In this document: positions 1 through 5,645 of the stretch, in pieces
Layout of the letters: the number at the start of each line of letters is the position of its first letter
Numbering within the stretch: position 1 is the stretch's first letter
From: an uncultured archaeon
Lineage (GTDB): Archaea; Asgardarchaeota; Lokiarchaeia; Sigyniarchaeales; Promethearchaeaceae
Direction: 5' to 3'
NCBI GenBank assembly: GCA_964426185.1
Contig: CAYRPF010000122.1
Coordinates: forward strand, 1-5,645
Length of the DNA: 5,645 nucleotides
Made by a program: the position numbers and the translations under genes
Notes under the pieces: generated by a model
What the model was told of the DNA's origin: nothing
Database searches by the model: none
What the model saw: only the letters and a program-made list of their open reading frames with translations

Positions 1-54
1 TATCTAAATGGTCAAATAGAAGTGGAAAATAAAAAAATTGAAATTTATCTCTAA
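1..54 (+). CDS. Probable 3' end of an upstream gene (…YLNGQIEVENKKIEIYL*), product unknown
   Basis: Frame +1 is open from base 1 to TAA at 52-54 with a purine-rich, protein-like codon pattern, followed by a T-rich tract at 82-97. It is too short to identify. Confidence 0.45.
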   Translation, partial: YLNGQIEVENKKIEIYL

Positions 55-81
55 ATATGGGCACTACCCCTCAGGCTAAAA

Positions 82-100
82 TTTTTTTCCTTCTTTTCCC
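82..100 (+). terminator. Possible archaeal-type oligo-T/pyrimidine-tract terminator
   Basis: tttttttccttcttttccc lies about 30 nt after the putative stop at 54. Confidence 0.3.
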
Positions 101-167
101 ATAGTTGAACCGTTAGTGCGTCCCTCCACATTTCTCAGAAGACACCACACCTAACTATCCTAAAGAC

Positions 168-410
168 TTAAGCGGGATGTTCATAGAGAACAATTTCAAC
201 TCTGCCTTCGGGAGGGTTCCCAAAAGATCTATCAATCAAGAATATTTCTGTACCGTTAAAATCCAAGATTGCGCGCATAGTGGAATTTTCATAATCAAAG
301 TTTTCTGGAAAATTCATGTGCTTTACTAGTTTTGCTCCGAATAAATCTTTATAGAGTTCTATCGTTGATTTTCCGTTTTTTACTAGCAAATATGGTGTTG
401 TTTTTGTCAT
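168..410 (-). pseudogene. VOC (glyoxalase/bleomycin-resistance) superfamily, PhnB-like protein, apparently C-terminally truncated (80 aa)
   Basis: TPYL.V.NG..TIELYK.LFGA and 'M[R/H]A.L..NG..IFL.D' match the PhnB-like pattern. The ORF stops just after the first strand of the second module (VEIVL) and lacks the usual terminal 'FWG…G.V.D.FG..W' segment. No continuation is recognisable in other frames. Confidence 0.65.
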
Positions 411-427
411 TATATCATCTGAACATT

Positions 428-444
428 AAAATTTTTAAAGTTTA
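428..444 (-). promoter_or_regulatory. Putative BRE/TATA promoter of the VOC gene (probably leaderless transcript)
   Basis: The minus strand reads TAAACTTTAAAAATTTT, and the TTTAAAAA box lies 22-29 nt upstream of the ATG at 410. Confidence 0.4.
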
Positions 445-508
445 ATCACTTTTCGGTATTTAAAGCTAATGGTTATTAAAAAAAGTTAAATAAATATTGT
501 TTTCTGCA

Positions 509-546
509 TTATAAAATCACGACATTGCGTATCCTTTTTTCGCAAT
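509..546 (+). promoter_or_regulatory. Putative TATA box (TTATAAAA, 509-516) plus inverted repeat ATTGCG-N11-CGCAAT (524-546) upstream of the oxidoreductase operon
   Basis: Both elements are read directly from the sequence. The inverted repeat would straddle the expected transcription start about 25 nt downstream of the box. Confidence 0.35.
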
Positions 547-585
547 ACCTTCCTACCAAAACTTGCATTTTGTAAGTGATTTCTT

Positions 586-1566
586 ATGTCAGATGATATA
601 AAAAAAGCGCCCCGGTATCTTATCCGCTTCCACGGACGCGGAGGCCAAGGGGCGGTAACCGCAGCACAATTGTGTGCTATGGCATTCGATGGACCTGCTA
701 CTTGTATGCCTACTTTTGGGGCAGAACGTATGGGATCACCTGTGGCTTCATTTGTAAAACTTTCCAAAGACTTCGAAAAAGTTCGTACAAATGAACAAGT
801 ATATTCTCCACAGTATGTCGCCATTTTAGATGATACATTGCTGTTTGATGTTGATTGTACGGCTGGTATGGTTCCAGGTGGCTATTTAGTAATCAACACA
901 TGTCGACCAATTGAAGAAATTAAAGAAATTATCGCTAAAAATAACCCACCTGCAATAAATATCGCGTTGATCGATGCCACAAATATTGCTTTAAAATATT
1001 TAGGCAGAAACATAACTAATACTCTGATTTTGGGCGCATTATTAAAGGTAGCGCCTGAATTATTCACAATTGAACAACTTTCAGATGCAATTGCGGAACA
1101 ATTCAATCCGAAAATCGCACAGAAGAACATGGACGCCATCAAGGTGGTCCCGAATGAAACGAAAGTCTTTAAAACTGAAGGAAATATCAAAATCTCATAT
1201 GAAACCGACTACAAAACGCCGTGGAGCCATGTAAAACCAGATTTAATCGGTGCTAAAGAGTGGGACCCAGCTGGTGTTTGGTATGTAGATAAGGTGGATG
1301 GCGGCTCTTTTCGGGTAAATACCGGTGCATGGGGAGTTTCCGTGGCAACTTATCATCCTGAATACTGTATTCAGTGCGGTAACTGTATTTTTGTCTGCCC
1401 AGACTTCTGTATCCTTCGAGAAGAGAAAGACGGAAAATGGCAGGTAGTTGGTGTAGATGAATTCCATTGCAAGGGTTGTGGTAATTGTGTCAGTGTCTGT
1501 CCAGGCAAAAAAGATAAAGAGACTGGTGAAAAGCATAAGGCTTTGACCATGAAAATGAAATGCTAA
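586..1566 (+). CDS. porC: 2-oxoacid:ferredoxin oxidoreductase, fused gamma + delta subunits (PorC-PorD-like; gamma domain + 2x[4Fe-4S] domain)
   Basis: Gamma motifs: IRFHGRGGQGAVTAA, FGAERMGSPV, VYSPQYVAILD, IDATNIA…NT.ILGA. Delta part: NTGAW, then CIQCGNCIFVCP (1366-1401) and HCKGCGNCVSVCP (first Cys 1468, ending 1503). An SD-like AAGTGA is at 574-579. Confidence 0.93.
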   Translation: MSDDIKKAPRYLIRFHGRGGQGAVTAAQLCAMAFDGPATCMPTFGAERMGSPVASFVKLSKDFEKVRTNEQVYSPQYVAILDDTLLFDVDCTAGMVPGGYLVINTCRPIEEIKEIIAKNNPPAINIALIDATNIALKYLGRNITNTLILGALLKVAPELFTIEQLSDAIAEQFNPKIAQKNMDAIKVVPNETKVFKTEGNIKISYETDYKTPWSHVKPDLIGAKEWDPAGVWYVDKVDGGSFRVNTGAWGVSVATYHPEYCIQCGNCIFVCPDFCILREEKDGKWQVVGVDEFHCKGCGNCVSVCPGKKDKETGEKHKALTMKMKC

Positions 1567-1578
1567 GGAGTGAAAAAA

Positions 1579-2805
1579 ATGTCAGTACAACCAATGAATC
1601 CTTTCTTTAAGGAAATCAAAGAACCGGTGGAATTAACTATGACCGGTAATTATGCTGTTGCGGGAGGCGTTACCCAAACCGATCCAGATGTAATCTGCGC
1701 TTTCCCAATTACACCACAAACTCAATCTGTAGAAGGTTTATCAGACGTAGTGAATCATGGTCGGTTAAAAGCAGCCTTTGTGAATGTAGAATCAGAATTG
1801 GCTGCATGCGCGTATAGTACCGCTGCATGCGCTGCTGGTGCGCGCACTTTTACCGCCACCGCTTCTCAAGGATTATTACTCATGACTGAAGCCTTGCCAA
1901 TGGCACCCGGATGGCGTGTTCCATTAACCATGTTGATTTCAGCTCGTGCATTTAATTCACCAAACCTTTCAATTTGGAACTCTTGGGAATTTACCCTTTT
2001 GTCCAGTTTTGGCTGGAACTGCATAGTTTCTGAAAATGTGCAAGAAACATACGATGCATCAATAATTGCAAGCCGAATTGCGGAGGATACTCTCTTTCCC
2101 ACTCAATTCGTGCATGATGGCTTTATCATTTCCCACAGCGCCCAAAAATTCATGGCCATACCTGATGAAGATGTTTTGAAATATACCCCTAAAAAAACAC
2201 GTCACCATATTAATACTGAACGCCCAGGCACTTGGGGAAGTATTATAACACCCGATTACTTTATGGAAGCTCGATTGGCTTTGGATTTAGAAAAGCGAAC
2301 TGTGCTGGGTAAGATGGAGACTGCATTCCGTGAATTTGAAAAAATGACCGGACGCGCCTATCATTTGATTGAAACCTACAATCTAGATAATCCTTCTAAA
2401 ACTGTGTGTTTAACCATGGGTTCCATGGCGGGAAACATTCTAACTTGGATGCAAAATAATAAAGAGATCGGCTTGATCAAATTACGCACTTGGCGGCCAT
2501 TCCCGGTGGAGCAGCTACGAAAGATCGTGGAAGAACACAATATCGAAAAGATTTTCATCTTAGAAAAAGATGATGACCTATCCGGACATCTACCTCCTGT
2601 AGGAGCCTCCGTGAGTTCTGCTTTAATTGGATTACCAATTGTGCTACGATCCTTTATTGTAGGGCTCGGTGGACGGGATGTCACCAAGGATGAGATTGAA
2701 TACGCCGCTAAGAAAATGAAGAACATTTCAGATAACCGCGGTCGATTGTACGAATACCTCGGTGTGAGGGAAACCAAAGGAAAACTATGGGAGGTCAATT
2801 TTTAA
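1579..2805 (+). CDS. porA: 2-oxoacid (pyruvate/ketoisovalerate-type):ferredoxin oxidoreductase alpha subunit
   Basis: Motifs: GNYAVA, FPITPQT, VESE (catalytic Glu), GARTFTATASQGLLLM.E, DGFIISH, IKLRTWRPFP, GLGGRDVT. ATG 1579 is preferred over GTG 1570 because AAGGAGTGA (1565-1573) is positioned as its SD. Confidence 0.93.
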   Translation: MSVQPMNPFFKEIKEPVELTMTGNYAVAGGVTQTDPDVICAFPITPQTQSVEGLSDVVNHGRLKAAFVNVESELAACAYSTAACAAGARTFTATASQGLLLMTEALPMAPGWRVPLTMLISARAFNSPNLSIWNSWEFTLLSSFGWNCIVSENVQETYDASIIASRIAEDTLFPTQFVHDGFIISHSAQKFMAIPDEDVLKYTPKKTRHHINTERPGTWGSIITPDYFMEARLALDLEKRTVLGKMETAFREFEKMTGRAYHLIETYNLDNPSKTVCLTMGSMAGNILTWMQNNKEIGLIKLRTWRPFPVEQLRKIVEEHNIEKIFILEKDDDLSGHLPPVGASVSSALIGLPIVLRSFIVGLGGRDVTKDEIEYAAKKMKNISDNRGRLYEYLGVRETKGKLWEVNF

Positions 2806-2808
2806 TTC

Positions 2809-2815
2809 GAGGTGA
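2809..2815 (+). promoter_or_regulatory. Shine-Dalgarno site GAGGTGA for the beta subunit
   Basis: GAGGTGA is 5 nt upstream of ATG 2821. The GTG at 2812 used by the ORF track lies inside this SD. Confidence 0.75.
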
Positions 2816-2820
2816 TTATC

Positions 2821-3924
2821 ATGACTTTAACAATTAAAATGGAAGATATTCTGGCCCGACAAGAACGAAATAATGTGCTCTACATCGGATATGATAATGA
2901 AGCCTTTATGAATACCGGTATTCAAGAAAGTGGAACAACACCCTACGGGGCATCCACCACCACCGGACCGGGTGGAGAGAAGATTAAAGGTAAAATAGGT
3001 TTCAAGGAAGATTATCTTCCCGGATTTACATTTTTGGGGCACAAGAGTGCATATTTTGCCACTGCCAGTGTAGCTTATCCGATGGATTTTATCGGAAAAG
3101 TGATGGATGCCATGAAAACTCCCGGAGGGGGTTTTATTCAAGTTTACGCACCATGTCCTCGCGGATGGCGCCATGATGGAGGCGATACCAACCGAATTGC
3201 CAAAATTGCAGTGGAATCAGGCTACTGGCCGTTGATCACCGTAAAAGTAAAGAATGGTCAACCGACTTATTATTACTCCAGTGTACCTGGAATGGCAAAA
3301 CCAGAAAAAGAAGATGATTTTATTGGAACGGATGAAGAAAAGTTATTAGAATTGCTCAAATCTCAAGGTAAATTCCGCCATTTGATCAAGCCAGAGTTTT
3401 TAGAAAAAAATATCGATGAATTATTTGGACAAATCAAAGCACGAAACGCCAATCTTAATAATCTACTCCATCAATTCGGAACGGATGACAAAAAGATTCG
3501 TTATTCCGTACAGCATTTTAAAATTCCACCCCAAAAACACATTCATCCTGGTCATGGGTTATGCGGTGGCTGTGGTGCCGGTTTTATGCTGAATCAGCTT
3601 ACTTCAGCAGCCTATATGATTGCTAAGGAGAACGTGATCTATGTAAATAATACATGTTGTGTGGAGGTATCAACCAGTAAGGATGATGTTACCAGTTGGA
3701 ATGTTTCATGGATGCATCAACTCTTTGAATCGGGAGCTACCGTTGCCGATGCCATATCTACCGCCTATCGAATAATGCATAATAAGGGAATTAAGCAAGA
3801 AATACCTTATGTGATTCATATTGGTGGGGATGGTTCTACAGTTAATATTGGATTTCAATTCTTAAAGTCAGCCATAGTCCGTACATCAGGATATCAGCTG
3901 CTCAATAAAGATCTTCAAATTTAA
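2821..3924 (+). CDS. porB: 2-oxoacid:ferredoxin oxidoreductase beta subunit (ThDP- and [4Fe-4S]-binding), circularly permuted, 367 aa
   Basis: All PorB motifs are present but in permuted order. N-part: VLYIGYDNEAFMNTGIQ.S..TP.GA.TTT, YFATAS, GFIQVYAPCPRGW, AVESGYWPL, QGKFRHL. C-part: PGHGLCGGCG, NNTCCVEV, W.H.LFESGA, IGGDGST.NIGFQ.L. Confidence 0.92.
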   Translation: MTLTIKMEDILARQERNNVLYIGYDNEAFMNTGIQESGTTPYGASTTTGPGGEKIKGKIGFKEDYLPGFTFLGHKSAYFATASVAYPMDFIGKVMDAMKTPGGGFIQVYAPCPRGWRHDGGDTNRIAKIAVESGYWPLITVKVKNGQPTYYYSSVPGMAKPEKEDDFIGTDEEKLLELLKSQGKFRHLIKPEFLEKNIDELFGQIKARNANLNNLLHQFGTDDKKIRYSVQHFKIPPQKHIHPGHGLCGGCGAGFMLNQLTSAAYMIAKENVIYVNNTCCVEVSTSKDDVTSWNVSWMHQLFESGATVADAISTAYRIMHNKGIKQEIPYVIHIGGDGSTVNIGFQFLKSAIVRTSGYQLLNKDLQI

Positions 3925-3978
3925 TTATAAAAGTTAATTTAAATCGATAGATCTCGAAATCCATAATTTACTGCACCC

Positions 3979-3995
3979 TTTTTTTTATCCTTTTT
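3979..3995 (+). terminator. Putative oligo-T terminator of the oxidoreductase operon
   Basis: T8 (3979-3986), then ATCC, then T5, about 55 nt after the beta stop codon. No strong hairpin is visible, which fits archaeal intrinsic terminators. Confidence 0.5.
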
Positions 3996-4006
3996 CATGA
4001 TTTCCG

Positions 4007-4023
4007 TAAACTTTAAAAATTTT
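4007..4023 (+). promoter_or_regulatory. Putative BRE/TATA promoter element
   Basis: TAAACTTTAAAAATTTT is identical to the minus-strand element at 428-444. ATGs follow at 4062, 4071 and 4075. Confidence 0.35.
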
Positions 4024-4074
4024 TTCTCATATTGTTAGAATATCAAGTAATTCTACTATAGATGAGAACCATGA

Positions 4075-4542
4075 ATGAAATTAAAAAAAGTTTCAGTTTT
4101 TTACCACGTAAAAGGTTCAATCTATGGTATGAATCCATGGCTTGGCATAGGCTCTAAGATAGCGTATAAATTTGAATGTGATTAAAAGCTACCTTAGAGC
4201 GTCTGGTTTTATGAAAATATTTCCTGTGAAAGAGATATTTCCATCCATAAAATTTACATTAGATCCCTTATGCTTTTAGGATTTTTGAGGATCATTCCCG
4301 TTGAGGATAACGAATTTTGTTTATTTAGTGGACAAAAGGAGTTAATGGAAATTAAAGAAAATTAACAGGAAATTGTTCATCTCTGACTTTCTATAGTTGC
4401 TTTCGAAAATTTTACGCGGCTTGGGCAAATTTACAAGTTTGAAGACTTAAAAATACGTTTTCCAAATGGAAAGAATTTACTTGATCTCATATACCAAGAT
4501 ACCAAAACATCAAAAGAAGTGAAAGAATATGATAATTGGTAA
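4075..4542 (+). pseudogene. Probable decayed ORF of unknown function
   Basis: Frame +1 from ATG 4075 to TAA 4540-4542 is 156 codons with only four internal stops (4183, 4195, 4363, 4384). The last ~50 codons read as protein-like (…FEDLKIRFPNGKNLLDLIYQDTKTSKEVKEYDNW*), and the end overlaps the trpB2 start as in an operon. Confidence 0.35.
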
Positions 4543-5645
4543 AAATAGAAGCAATCAGTCAACCACAGAAGGACAAAATTCCGTTTCCTTATTGGAAAAT
4601 CGCGTTCTTCTAGACAACAGCCAAATTCCAAAGGCATGGTTTAATATTGTACCATATTTGCCCGAAAAACCTTACCCTGCAGTATTAGCAGATAACACTC
4701 CAGCTACTTTCGAACAATTGACACAATTATTTCCAGTGGAGTGTGTAAAACAAGCTGCGACGCAAGAGGAATTAATCCCGATTCCCACTAAAATTCGGGA
4801 ATTATATGCACTATGTAATCGTCCAACTCCATTACAGCGAGCATTCAGATTAGAAAAAGCAATTGGAGTGGATAGTGATCGCATTAAGATATTTTTCAAA
4901 TGCGAATTCTTCAGTCCGACGGGTTCCCATAAAACAAACACAGCAATTGCCCAGTCATTTTATGGAAAACAAGAAGGAATTACCGGGTTTACTACCGAAA
5001 CTGGAGCCGGACAATGGGGTAGTGCGCTCTCAATGGCAAATGCCATGATGGGATTAAAAACTCAAGTATTTCAAGTACGGGCATCTTATGTTGAAAAACC
5101 AGGACGAAGAGTTTTAATGCAGAATTTTGGCGCTGAATTACATCCTTCCCCCTCGAATTTCACACAGACGGGAAAGCGCTTTTACAGCCAAAATTCCAAT
5201 CATCCTGGAAGTTTGGGGATAGCAATTGCAGAGGCTGTTGAAACTGCCATGACTAATCCAGGATTCAAATATTCTTTGGGATCAGTGTTAGATTTTGTAT
5301 TGTTGCATCAAACGGTTATTGGACTGGAAACTCAGATTCAAATGAGCAAAATTAGTGAGAGCCCCTCGGTAATTATGGGATCAATTGGAGGTGGTAGCAA
5401 TTTTGCAGGTTTAAGTTTTCCTTTCTTCAAAGAAAAGTTAACCGGTGAGCGGGATGAATTGGAATTTATTGGAGTCGAACCATGTGCCTGTCCTTCTCTT
5501 ACAAAAGGTAGATATACTTGGGATTATGGAGATTCCGCGAAATTAGCACCTATTATCAAAATGTATTCTTTAGGTTCAAATTTTATTCCCCCAGCGGTTC
5601 ATGCAGGAGGTTTACCGCGTGCTGGACGAGATACGTTCCGATCCG
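4529..5645 (+). CDS. trpB2: TrpB2-like PLP-dependent enzyme (tryptophan synthase beta chain 2 family), 3'-partial; absent from the ORF track because no stop falls in the window
   Basis: Manual translation of frame +2 from ATG 4529 (in-frame TGA at 4520) gives QIPKAWFNI, RPTPLQRAFRLEK, FFKCE..SPTGSHKTNTA (PLP Lys at 4931-4933), TTETGAGQWGSALS, HPGSLGIAIAEA, YSLGSVL.FVLLHQTVIGLE, GGGSNFAGL, VEP..CPSLTKG, KMYSLG..FIPPAVHAGGL. Similarity ends at about 5614. Confidence 0.93.
   Translation, partial: MIIGKNRSNQSTTEGQNSVSLLENRVLLDNSQIPKAWFNIVPYLPEKPYPAVLADNTPATFEQLTQLFPVECVKQAATQEELIPIPTKIRELYALCNRPTPLQRAFRLEKAIGVDSDRIKIFFKCEFFSPTGSHKTNTAIAQSFYGKQEGITGFTTETGAGQWGSALSMANAMMGLKTQVFQVRASYVEKPGRRVLMQNFGAELHPSPSNFTQTGKRFYSQNSNHPGSLGIAIAEAVETAMTNPGFKYSLGSVLDFVLLHQTVIGLETQIQMSKISESPSVIMGSIGGGSNFAGLSFPFFKEKLTGERDELEFIGVEPCACPSLTKGRYTWDYGDSAKLAPIIKMYSLGSNFIPPAVHAGGLPRAGRDTFRS

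Noticed and set aside
107-136. Group II intron domain V-like string (minus strand …CGCACTAACGGTTC)
   Set aside because: Only the 3' arm resembles DV. There is no complementary 5' arm or catalytic triad, so the hairpin cannot form.
38-199. 14/16 inverted repeat (38-53 vs 184-199)
   Set aside because: Both arms lie in AT-rich coding sequence (EIYL / EIVL codons) and there is no target-site duplication, so chance is plausible.
486-824. 112-aa minus-strand ORF
   Set aside because: It is mostly antisense to the well-supported gamma-delta gene and has no recognisable motifs.
882-3174. Minus-strand ORFs 882-1190, 1243-1536, 1866-2102, 2376-2798, 2827-3174
   Set aside because: They are antisense shadows of the oxidoreductase genes with no independent evidence.
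2812-3924. Interpretation as a 5'-truncated porB fused to the start of a second porB
   Set aside because: The two blocks are complementary and together give exactly one full set of motifs. There is no further porB sequence upstream or after the stop.
4183-4386. Stop-codon recoding (Sec/Pyl/alternative code) in the interrupted frame
   Set aside because: The internal stops are of all three types, including TAA, which terminates the real genes here.
4431-5048. ORFs 4431-4637(-), 4672-4941(-), 4863-5048(+)
   Set aside because: They overlap trpB2 in antisense or alternative frames. TrpB2 in frame +2 explains the region.
1-5645. CRISPR array, tRNA, rRNA, transposase or integrase
   Set aside because: No regularly spaced repeats, cloverleaf, rRNA-like sequence or recombinase motifs were seen by eye.

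Overview
AT-rich prokaryotic window that is probably archaeal, judging from GAGGTGA-type ribosome-binding sites, TATA-like boxes, T-tract terminators and a TrpB2 gene. An Asgard/Lokiarchaeia-like origin is a guess only. The core is a three-gene 2-oxoacid:ferredoxin oxidoreductase (POR/VOR-type) operon: a gamma-delta fusion (586-1566), alpha (1579-2805) and beta (2821-3924). The standout observation is that the beta subunit is circularly permuted. It starts with the second half of the thiamine-diphosphate (ThDP) binding motif (YDNE..MNTG.Q) and ends with the canonical N-terminal part (GH.xCxGCG, NxTxCxEV, GGDG), so the chain break falls inside the GDG...DN motif and the order of the [4Fe-4S] ligands is permuted. 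On the left are a truncated VOC/PhnB-like gene and the probable 3' end of another gene. On the right are a roughly 600-bp region with a likely decayed ORF and a TrpB2-like PLP enzyme missing from the ORF track. That gene runs off the window and switches to unrelated GC-rich sequence in its last 31 bp.
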